Source of the DNA: Diplonema japonicum
Taxonomy: Eukaryota; Protista; Euglenozoa: Diplonemea
DNA: 64,000 nucleotides
Assembly: GCA_964019335.1 (NCBI GenBank)
Contig: OZ025696.1
Span: forward strand, 310,001 to 374,000
Reading direction: 5' to 3'
The notes beneath the pieces were generated by a model. The model saw only the letters and a list, made by a program, of their open reading frames with translations. It did not search any database and was not told where the DNA came from. Positions within the stretch are counted from its first letter, which is position 1. Each line of letters begins with the position of its first letter. A program made the position numbers and the translations under genes. Positions 30,710 to 41,411 of the stretch are shown in pieces.

Positions 30710-33700
30710 TCAAGCAGACTGGTACAGCTCCAAGGTGTACCCATTACGGGTGAAGTCGGTGGGGGTACCGAGGACCCTGTCAGCAGTCTGGGAGCGGACG
30801 CCGCCAGTGACCGCGAGGGGCCAGCAGGTGTTCTGGGAGGGTTGGAAGACCCACGCCTTGCAGTCCTTGTCATCGGAGCAGGTTTTGCAGCAGGTCGCCT
30901 GGTCGCACTGCAGCCCATTGGGGTAGGACGGGGACCTCACCCCTGCCCCCGCATCCGTGTCCATCGCCACCAAGCAGTTCTTCCCAACGAGGGTCTGCTT
31001 CGCTGCCTCTGCAGTGGCGTTCGCGAACAGTGCGTTGAAGCTCCCCACAAGGCTCTGGAACCTCGCGATGTCCTTCCCCGCCGTGTACGAGAAGGTGTCC
31101 GCCATCGACCCCACACGCAGCATCGGTGACCCGTTGGGGTCCACCTGCTGTGCCCCAGGGGTCGTCCTCGTCTCGTCCAGGTTCCTCTTCGCAAAGTGTC
31201 CCCTCCTCATCTTTCCCTTGAAGCCGCTGAGGTCAGGGGTGCTCCCTCCCGCGAAGTCCACTTGGAACACCACAGTCGTGGTGACGGGTGCAGGCCTCCC
31301 CTCCACCCTCACCGTCATGCTCTCCCCATCGTAAGACCAGGTTCCCACACCTCCCCACCTGCTGAAAGCGTAAGCCTGCCCCCCGACCTTCACGCTCGTC
31401 GGAGGCATCGAGTTCACAATCTTGAGCACCGCTGCCCTGCTGCTCGGCTGCCCCGGGAACGTCCCCGTCGTGTTCGTCGAGAACAGCATCTGCGTCCCGC
31501 TCCTGGTGTACGCTGCATTCACCCATCCCGACTTCCCCTGTGGTTTTGTGTTTGAGGGGGAGTTTTTTCTTTTCTTTTTTGTGTCACACCTGAAGGTAGT
31601 CGTAGGTACCACCGTCGTCCTCGTACACAGCGGCCTTTCCAGATGTGGCCCCAGGGAACACCTGTGTGTTTTGTGTTATAGTTCAAATTTTTCTCTATTC
31701 TCATTATTCTTGTTCCGTTTCCATACACTGAACTCAAGGACGTTGTAAGGGTCAGCGGCCCTCCCGATGGAGTTCCCTGTGGAGATGGGGATGGTGGTGA
31801 TGATGGCCCCCGCCCTCACGTACAGAGGGATCTCCCAGTTTGCGAACTTCTTGTCCATGAGCTGAGGACCTGTGTAGCTGCGCCCGCTGTGCCACTCCAC
31901 CCAGGAACCAGGGGGCAGCCACACCTTCTGTGGGGTCACCCCACACGGTTCCTCCAGTGGCATCCTCGTCGAGGTGCACCCTGCACTGCTCGTCACAGGG
32001 GCCGCAAGGATGTCCTCCCCGAACATGTATTGTCTTGTCGTTGGCTCTTGCCCGAGGTCCTTGTCCATCGAGACAGGGTACGCCATCGCCTCAGAGGGGT
32101 AGTGGTAGTACATCGGGCGGATGAGCCCAACCCCGCTCTCAAAAGCCTTCTTCGTGTGGGTGTAGATGTATGGGACAAGCCCTGCCCTCAGGGTCAGCGC
32201 CTCACGGTTCATTTCCTCGTAGGCACGCGGGACGTTGTAAGGGCGCACATTCCAGCAGTCAGTTGTTGCAGTGGGCCACTGCTTGCAGCCACCTGCTGAC
32301 CCACCCCTGTCGTGTGAGCGCATGATCCCACTCACGGAACCAAGCTGGATCCACCTCACGAACATCTCATGGTCGTCACCAGGTCCCACAATGTCGTGTG
32401 ACCAGTAGCCCCAACCAACGTTCACTGCCGTCGCTGTGAAGTAGGCCTGGTAGGCCAAATTGAACCAGGTCAAACCTGCGACGTCACCGCTGAAGCCGTG
32501 CTGGTAGCGGTGGTTCCCGAGCCCGCCCCACCTGGCATGGACCACACCACGCTTGTTCGTGCACTTCCCGTTCTGCACGCAGCGTCTCTTCGGGTCCGTC
32601 ACACGCATCTTGTCCGTCCAGATAGTGGGGTTCATCTTCAACCTGGGGTCCTGCCCAGTGCCACCAGCGGACTCTCCCTGCTGCCAGTCGATCCACCAGA
32701 AGTCCATCCCATCCTCCTCAATAGGCTGCACGATCACATCCTCCAGCACATTGACGTAGGACTTGTTCACAAGGGTGAAGGGGATCCCCTTCGGGCCCCC
32801 AGGGTTGCTCGGGTTCAGTCCCAGGGCAGTGCAAGCCTCCAGGTACCTGTCCTCCCACTTCCCGATCCCAGTGGCATCGTGAAGGTTTGCCGCCACAAGG
32901 AGGCCCTTCTGGTGGAAGTAGTCCATCGTGTCCTGTGGGACCTGGTACAGGTTGGGGTCCCACGAGTAGCCAGACCAGTCATCCTTCTTGTGCCAGTTCA
33001 TGTCCAGCACCATCACGTCCAGCGGCATACCGTGGCGCTCGTACTCCCCAACGATATCGCGGACGTCCTTGTTCGCAAAGTCGTACCACCTTGTGAACCA
33101 CACCCCGTGGTTGTTGCGGGGGAAGATGGGGATGTGTCCACCGATCTGCGTGTAGTCGCGAAGGGCCGTCATGTAATCGTGGGAGTAGGCGAGGAGGTAC
33201 AGGTCCTCAGTGTCAGCGTTCTTCAACATCTTCCCACTGTCGTCGGTCCACCAGTCGTCCCCATCCATGCAGGGAACGTCGGTGTCGTCCACCAAAGCCC
33301 ATCCGTTCTTGCTCACGAGACCCCACTCGCAGTGTTCCATCTTTGTAGTCGAGCAGTCAAGTGTCCCGTTCTGCTGCCCGTCGAGGGTGCGGAAGGTCCC
33401 CCTGAGGTTTCCCTTGTCAGTCGCACTGGTCTGTCCGTAGGTCCATGTTGTGAAGGTGCTGCTCCCAACGGGCTCCACCTTGAAAACGGAGGCTGTCTTG
33501 AAGTCGCCGCTCCCAGCGGTGTAGGTGAGCTTCGCCCTCGCCGTGGTGATGGTGACCGTCCCGCCCACGTTGCTCTGCGTGAACTGCGGTACAGGGGTCT
33601 TCCTGTTCACCACTGCCAGGGTCGGCCTGTCCTCGAACGCCCCGCTCTCGCTGTACTCCATTCGGAGAAGCCCGTCAGCCAGCACAGTGAACCGCGCCTT

Positions 33701-33820
33701 CCCCGCCACCACAGTCGCAGCCACCTCCGCCACAGAGTCGTACGGGTACAGCTCGTACTTCATCACGCTAGCTTGCGCCAGCACACACACAGCGAGCGCC
33801 GCTGCTACACGGCACTGCAT
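30710..33820 (-). CDS. GH31 glycosidase copy 2; exons 33820-31727, 31661-31590, 31537-30710
   Basis: All ORF translations are identical to copy 1 at a 7,525-bp offset. Confidence 0.9.
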
Positions 33821-34094
33821 CTTCAAATGTCTTTGCTGTGGTTTAGTTCCCCTTCTCTTCACTTGTTTCCTGTGCGAGGATAAAATACTCACTAGAAATG
33901 TTCTTGCAATCTCAAAGAAAGTGTGAAAGAAACTGAACACGAAAACATGGCTGAGACATGTTACAAGCGGATTCTTCTTCCCAAATAGAAAGAAAAATTG
34001 AAGCAGCGCGAGCCGAAGCTCTATCAAGATTAGTAGCAGGCATTTCATGAACGTGGTTTACATCAGCACACTGGAAAGCATGCCACAATCACGA

Positions 34095-35786
34095 TCACAA
34101 CACAGTGGTGGGACAAGGAACCTCCTTCACAATCGCCTCCTTCAAAGACAACACAGCTGCCTGTACAGAGTGACGATGATGACCATTGTGCAGTGGGATG
34201 TCCGCAGCCTTCAGTGCCCCTTCCCACTCCCCATCCAGATACATCACACCTGCCGCATTGTACCTCTCCCATGCATCCTCAGACACCTGGTACAGCCACT
34301 CTGTGTCGTGCTGGCTGAGCTTCATCTCAGGAAGGCGAAGAACCTCAAACACACGAAGGGGTGTGTCCCTGCCCCGAACAGTGACCTCAGAAAGGACGAG
34401 TTTTGCCTCATAAACGAACGCAAGTTCATTCCTCACAGACAGGTCACACGTCACCCCATGGCCGCAGTGCCTGCCGTACCTCTCCAGCAGTGTCGCTGTC
34501 ACTGCCACCTGCCCAACGATCCCGAACAGCTTCAGCTCACTGTTCCCAATGGGGCCGCAGTGCGCACTCCCACTCGCCAGAGAAGACGACACACGAAGCC
34601 TCCCGTCCACTTCCATCAGTGCATCGGCCGCCTTCCGCCCATGACTCACACACCTCTTCGCTGCATTGAAGGAGGCATGTGCATGATCCCCGACCACAAC
34701 TCCCACAACACCACCGTTTGTTTTCACAGCCTGCAGCACAGTCGTCATGAAGTCCCTGTATGTCTGGGTGAAGGAATCAATGTTGTTTTCCACAGCGGTG
34801 TGAGACCCGAGCATGTTCGTCACTGTGTATGTCACAGCCTTCTTGAAGTTCAGGTGCTCCAGTATGCCGATAACTTGTGCCTCTTCAAACAAGCTGTTGT
34901 CTGTTGAGGGGAGGCTGCGGTCACAGCTGTGACGATCCAGACTCTTCGGTGAACCAACAACATCACTGTCACTGCTATTATCACAACCATACTGAAAACA
35001 GGACTGCGGGAGGTAAGGGCGATAGACATGGAGGTTTGCAAGGATGCTGTCGAAGGCACTGTGCAGAGGGGGTGGGAGGGGGGTGTCGGAGAGGGTTGAA
35101 GCCGCCGCTTCAAGGTCGAACTTGGAGAGGTACTCTGCAGTCCGTTCAGAAGCGGTGATCACGTTCTGCATCGATTGGCGCTCCTTCTGAAGATCCCTGG
35201 CAAAACCATGCGTGAAGTAGAAGTCAAGTAAGAAAAGGAGTCCTATGCCGAAGGTGCTTAAGGCGCTACTCAGCTTAAGACGGCACGGGTGGCCTGATTC
35301 ACAATTGCACGGTTCTGCCCTGTCTTCTTGAGGTATCGATGGGAAGTGAGCTTCAATGAGGCCGAAGCGGAGCCATTCCTCAGCGCTTGCAAGGGCCAGC
35401 CATATGATGAACATGATGATGAGGTTCCTGTGCACACGTGGGGCCATGTTGAGTACAAGTGAGATGTCGAGTACAACGATGATAGCAGGCCACAAGCGAC
35501 AACTTTTTACTGCCATCGCCATGAGGTCATACGAAAAAACGGCTGGAGCTGAAAAATACAGCCAGCACTCCACAGCCTTGTACCGTATCCTCCTCTCTAC
35601 CAGCAGCTGTATAAACATGACCGCTGAGGAGCTAAGTGCTGTAACGAACACTATGTTATGGTGCAGTATCGGGAGGAGGGCTAAATAGGCGAGGTTCGCT
35701 GCTATTACTATCAACATCACCTTCTTCCTGAACACTTCGAACGAGTTATCCTCCGGCAACAGCACCCTTTGCAGCACACAAGACAT
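34095..35786 (-). CDS. Receptor-type cyclase-like protein, copy D
   Basis: Identical to copy C except in the first TM helices (VMLIVIAANLAYLALLPILHHNIVF vs VLLITIAINLVNIVLLSQLPLNILF). Confidence 0.75.
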   Translation of the reverse strand: MSCVLQRVLLPEDNSFEVFRKKVMLIVIAANLAYLALLPILHHNIVFVTALSSSAVMFIQLLVERRIRYKAVECWLYFSAPAVFSYDLMAMAVKSCRLWPAIIVVLDISLVLNMAPRVHRNLIIMFIIWLALASAEEWLRFGLIEAHFPSIPQEDRAEPCNCESGHPCRLKLSSALSTFGIGLLFLLDFYFTHGFARDLQKERQSMQNVITASERTAEYLSKFDLEAAASTLSDTPLPPPLHSAFDSILANLHVYRPYLPQSCFQYGCDNSSDSDVVGSPKSLDRHSCDRSLPSTDNSLFEEAQVIGILEHLNFKKAVTYTVTNMLGSHTAVENNIDSFTQTYRDFMTTVLQAVKTNGGVVGVVVGDHAHASFNAAKRCVSHGRKAADALMEVDGRLRVSSSLASGSAHCGPIGNSELKLFGIVGQVAVTATLLERYGRHCGHGVTCDLSVRNELAFVYEAKLVLSEVTVRGRDTPLRVFEVLRLPEMKLSQHDTEWLYQVSEDAWERYNAAGVMYLDGEWEGALKAADIPLHNGHHRHSVQAAVLSLKEAIVKEVPCPTTVL

Positions 35787-36901
35787 TTCAGTATCAGGGG
35801 AGAGGGTGGTGGTGGTGGTGCTTGTTCTAAAGGAGTGGTTATCTGACGACAACAAAACAAAAAAAAAAAACTTCTAATAAAGGTTTCGCACTGCCACCAT
35901 TCAGAGATGTTTTCATTTCGTTACACCCTTCATGTGTGGTCTTCCGGTCCTTTTCCAGCCAAGCAATAAGAAGACTGAGACCGCAAAGTGCGTGCCGTTG
36001 TCGTGGCTGTAGAATTCTTTTTAGTTGTCCGTTTCAGTCTTTTAGTTGTCCCGTCCCTGTGTCTCGTGGCGTTGTACACCATCAGATTGTATGTGATTGA
36101 AGAAGAAAGAAAAACGAGAATTCTGCTTATTCTTTTTTTTTTTTTTTTTTTCTAGATTCAAAATACAACACGTGGTGTTAAAAGATAACAATAAAGAGAG
36201 CAAGGATTGTTTTTATCTTTTTCGTTCTTTAAGATGCACAATGCGACATGGTTAAAAAGACAATGACACAAACAGTGCCGCAGAAGGGTCAGTGTGACGT
36301 CATAGTCAGTGTGTGTGCACATGTGTCGTGCGATGACGAACTTTGTTGGGAACTGATTGAGCCTCAAGCAGGATTGGGAGGGTGGACCTACGCAGAAATC
36401 ATATTAAATAAAAGGAAAAAAGATTTGTGAAAGAATTGCACTGAAGGATATGGGTGCCCCATGTGCGCAGTGAAAGGTTGCTCTGGTTGGTGCAACTTCA
36501 AGAAAAGAAAAAGAAGAATGGAGAGGAAGAGGATGAAGAGGAAGAACGTTGGCGCCAAGAGTCGATTTTTTTATTCATGCCACAGTCAAAAAAAAGAAAA
36601 TCAGAACAAAAAGAAAAGGTAGTCTCAAAAAAGAAAACGTAAAAAAAGATTGAAAAATGAACAGAATAAGTACGACTTGACCATACAGTGGATCTTTTTG
36701 TTATAACCTGCCAGGCTTGAAAAGATTGCTACCTTTTCTTCTTCTTTTTTGCTGGACTTTAATAATTACCAGACGTTCATGTGTTTATCTTGTAATCAAC
36801 ACGAGTACGAATGAAAAAGAAAAAGAAACACAGTAAAGAATAAGAAGTGTACAGGCCAGTTGTACTTACGGAAAACACTACATCATGCACTCTGCAGAAG
36901 G

Positions 36902-39900
36902 TCAAGTGAGTAGGTTGCCCGGGTGAAGTCGGTCTGAGCATAGATTGTTACTTACTTTCCCTTTTATAAATTCACATACATTAGTTCCCAGAACAACGCC
37001 AGGCGTGTGCTCCAAAGGAGGGCCTGAGTCAGCCAGCGGGAAGCAAGTGTTTGACGAAGTAATGTGCATCCAGACACGGCAGTCCTTGTCATCGGAGCAG
37101 GTTTTGCAACACTTTTCCTTGTCAGCTGTCAAGCCAAAGGGATAAGAAGGGCTCCTCACAGGCCTGCTCGCGCCAGTGTCATGCGATTCTTTACAACTGT
37201 TTCTTAGAAGGTCTGGCTGCTTTGCTGCCTCTGCAGTGGCGTTCGCGAACAGTGCGTTGAAGCTCCCCACAAGGCTCTGGAACCTCGCGATGTCCTTCCC
37301 CGCCGTGTACGAGAAGGTGTCCGCCATCGACCCCACACGCAGCATCGGTGACCCGTTGGGGTCCACATCCGTGCTTCCTGGCGTCACTCTCGTCTCGTCC
37401 AGGTTCCTCTTCGCAAAGTGTCCCCTCCTCATCTTTCCCTTGAAGCCGCTGAGGTCAGGGGTGCTCCCTCCCGCGAAGTCCACTTGGAACACCACAGTCG
37501 TGGTGACGGGTGCAGGCCTCCCCTCCACCCTCACCGTCATGCTCTCCCCATCGTAAGACCAGGTTCCCACACCTCCCCACCTGCTGAAAGCGTAAGCCTG
37601 CCCCCCGACCTTCACGCTCGTCGGAGGCATCGAGTTCACAATCTTGAGCACCGCTGCCCTGCTGCTCGGCTGCCCCGGGAACGTCCCCGTCGTGTTCGTC
37701 GAGAACAGCATCTGCGTCCCGCTCCTGGTGTACGCTGCATTCACCCATCCCGACTTCCCCTGTGGTTTTGTGTTCGTTTTGTTGGTGATGGGGGGGGTGA
37801 AAGGGGGGGTGGGGGGGGGGGGGTTCTTTTCTTTTTTGTGTCACACCTGAAGGTAGTCGTAGGTACCACCGTCGTCCTCGTACACAGCGGCCTTTCCAGA
37901 TGTGGCCCCAGGGAACACCTGTGTGTTTTGTGTTATAGTTCAAATTTTTCTCCATTCTCATTATTCTTGTTCCGTTTCCATACACTGAACTCAAGGACGT
38001 TGTAAGGGTCAGCGGCCCTCCCGATGGAGTTCCCTGTGGAGATGGGGATGGTGGTGATGATGGCCCCCGCCCTCACGTACAGAGGGATCTCCCAGTTTGC
38101 GAACTTCTTGTCCATGAGCTGAGGACCTGTGTAGCTGCGCCCGCTGTGCCACTCCACCCAGGAACCAGGGGGCAGCCACACCTTCTGTGGGGTCACCCCA
38201 CACGGTTCCTCCAGTGGCATCCTCGTCGAGGTGCACCCTGCACTGCTCGTCACAGGGGCCGCAAGGATGTCCTCCCCGAACATGTACTGCCTTGTCGTTG
38301 GCTCTTGCCCGAGGTCCTTGTCCATCGAGACAGGGTACGCCATCGCCTCAGAGGGGTAGTGGTAGTACATCGGGCGGATGAGCCCAACCCCGCTCTCAAA
38401 AGCCTTCTTCGTGTGGGTGTAGATGTATGGGACAAGCCCCGTCCTCAAGCGAAGGGCTGCACGATTGATATCTTCGTAGGCACGCGGGACGTTGTAAGGG
38501 CGCACGTTCGAGCAGTCAGTTGTTGCAGTGGGCCACTGCTTGCATTTTCCTGCCGACAAACCCCTGTCGTGCGAGCGCATGATCCCACTCACGGAACCAA
38601 GCTGGATCCACCTCGTGAACATCTCGTGGTCGTCACCAGGCCCCATGATGTCGTGTGACCAGTAGCCCCAACCAACGTTCACTGCCGTCGCTGTGAAGTA
38701 GGTTTGGAATGCAAGGTTAAACCAGGTCAAAGCTAAGACGTCACCGCTGAAGCCGTGCTGGTAGCGGTGGTTCCCGAGCCCGCCCCACCTGGCATGGACC
38801 ACACCACGCTTGTTCGTGCACTTCCCGTTCTGCACGCAGCGTCTCTTCGAGTCCGTCACACGCATCTTGTCCGTCCAGATAGTGGGGTTCATCTTCAGAG
38901 CCTTATCCTGCCCAGCACCTCCGTAAAAGGTGCTCTGCTGCCAGTCGATCCACCAGAAGTCCATCCCATCCTCCTCAATAGGCTGGACAACAATATCCTC
39001 CAGCACATTGACATAGGACTTGTTTACCAAAGACAGCGGAATCCCCTTCGGGCCCCCAGGGTTGCTCGGATCCAGTCCCAGGGCAGTGCAAGCCTCAAGG
39101 TACTTGTCCTCCCACTTCCCGATTCCATGGGCATCGTGAAGGTTTGCCGCCACAAGGAGGCCCTTCTGGTGGAAGTAGTCCATCGTGTCCTGTGGGACCT
39201 GGTACAGGTTGGGGTCCCACGAGTAGCCAGACCAGTCATCCTTCTTGTGCCAGTTCATGTCCAGCACCATCACGTCCAGCGGCATACCATTATCCTCGTA
39301 CTCTCCCACGATTTCACGGACGTCCTTGTTCGCAAAGTCGTACCACCTTGTGAACCACACCCCGTGGTTGTTGCGGGGGAAGATGGGGATGTGTCCACCG
39401 ATCTGCGTGTAGTCGCGAAGGGCCGTCATGTAGTCGTGGGAGTAGGCGAGGAGGTACAGGTCCTCAGTGTCAGCGTTCTTCAACATCTTCCCACTGTCGT
39501 CGGTCCACCAGTCGTCCCCATCCATGCAAGGTGCATCCGTCTCCTCAATCAGTGCCCACCCTATTCTGCTCACGAGACCCCAGACACAGTGTCCATCAGG
39601 GAGGTACCTGTTGCAATTCACAGTCCCGTTCACATGCTCGTCAAGTGTGCGCACTGTCCCACGAAGGTTTCCCTTGTCAGTCGCACTGGTCTGTCCGTAG
39701 GTCCATGTTGTGAAGGTGCTGCTCCCAACGGGCTCCACCTTGAAAACGGAGGCTGTCTTGAAGTCGCCGCTCCCAGCGGTGTAGGTGAGCTTCGCCCTCG
39801 CCGTGGTGATGGTGACCGTCCCGCCCACGTTGCTCTGCGTGAACTGCGGTACAGGGGTCTTCCTGTTCACCACTGCCAGGGTCGGCCTGTCCTCGAACGC

Positions 39901-40080
39901 CCCGCTCTCGCTGTACTCCATTCGGAGAAGCCCGTCAGCCAGCACAGTGAACCGCGCCTTCCCCGCCACCACAGTCGCAGCCACCTCCGCCACAGAGTCG
40001 TACGGGTACAGCTCGTACTTCATCACGCTAGCTTGCGCCAGCACACACACAGCGAGCGCCGCTGCTACACGGCACTGCAT
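36902..40080 (-). CDS. GH31 glycosidase copy 3 (variant), two introns at the same positions
   Basis: Catalytic Asp motifs retained; patchy substitutions near active-site motifs and a diverged PAN-like tail. Confidence 0.88.
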
Positions 40081-40354
40081 CTTCAAATGTCTTTGCTGTG
40101 GTTTAGTTCCCCTTCTCTTCACTTGTTTCCTGTGCGAGGATAAAATACTCACTAGAAATGTTCTTGCAATCTCAAAGAAAGTGTGAAAGAAACTGAACAC
40201 GAAAACATGGCTGAGACATGTTACAAGCGGATTCTTCTTCCCAAATAGAAAGAAAAATTGAAGCAGCGCGAGCCGAAGCTCTATCAAGATTAGTAGCAGG
40301 CATTTCATGAACGTGGTTTACATCAGCACACTGGAAAGCATGCCACAATCACGA

Positions 40355-40813
40355 TCACAACACAGTGGTGGGACAAGGAACCTCCTTCACAATCGCCTCC
40401 TTCAAAGACAACACAGCTGCCTGTACAGAGTGACGATGATGACCATTGTGCAGTGGGATGTCCGCAGCCTTCAGTGCCCCTTCCCACTCCCCATCCAGAT
40501 ACATCACACCTGCCGCATTGTACCTCTCCCATGCATCCTCAGACACCTGGTACAGCCACTCTGTGTCGTGCTGGCTGAGCTTCATCTCAGGAAGGCGAAG
40601 AACCTCAAACACACGAAGGGGTGTGTCCCTGCCCCGAACAGTGACCTCAGAAAGGACGAGTTTTGCCTCATAAACGAACGCAAGTTCATTCCTCACAGAC
40701 AGGTCACACGTCACCCCATGGCCGCAGTGCCTGCCGTACCTCTCCAGCAGTGTCGCTGTCACTGCCACCTGCCCAACGATCCCGAACAGCTTCAGCTCAC
40801 TGTTCCCAATGGG
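40355..40813 (-). pseudogene. 5'-truncated cyclase-like copy E
   Basis: Matches copies C/D from PIGNSELK to the stop; abuts a GH31 5' fragment at ~40813. Confidence 0.8.
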
Positions 40814-40935
40814 CGGCGCTCGCTTGCGTCCCCAGCACACACACAGCGAGCGCCGCTGCTACACGGCACTGCATCTTCAAATGTCTTTGCTGTGGTTTAG
40901 TTCCCCTTCTCTTCACTTGTTTCCTGTGCGAGGAT
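40814..40935 (-). pseudogene. GH31 5'UTR plus signal-peptide fragment
   Basis: ATG at 40874 reads MQCRVAAALAVCVLGTQASAAHWEQ*; matches 26250-26356 and is out of frame with the cyclase remnant. Confidence 0.75.
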
Positions 40936-41411
40936 ATAAATAACGAACCCTTCTTACAATGTTAAGGTTCGTAACGCGCTCTGGACACAGGGTGTGAAAG
41001 GCCTTACGAAGAAGTTATAAAACCAAGACCACTGTGACGAGGTACGATGGACGCAGACTGGACTACATGATCCTAAGCTCGGACCTCACCGTTCCAGAAT
41101 GGGATAAATACGCTCTACGCAATCTCTGGAATACAAGCCACCGTTATAAGAGCACCAGGGGTGTACACAGGGCACCACCGTTGCTTGTGAGTGCCCTATT
41201 CTCATCTAGTACCCTGGAAAGTCTGAACGAGAAACAGCCTGGTTATCCACTTGCTGGGGTCCTTTCGGCTAATACTCGTCAAAAATAAAAACAAAAGAAA
41301 ATGGTTAAGGGTCAAAAAAAGAGAAGAAGAAAAGAGCTGTAAAGCCGCTGCAGGTATGTACACGTGTAAATAACAAAAAAAAAAAAAAAAAAAGAAGAAA
41401 AGAATCAATTG

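Noticed and set aside
40355-40874. Secreted GH31-leader/cyclase fusion protein
   Set aside because: The ATG at 40874 is out of frame with the cyclase and stops after 25 codons.
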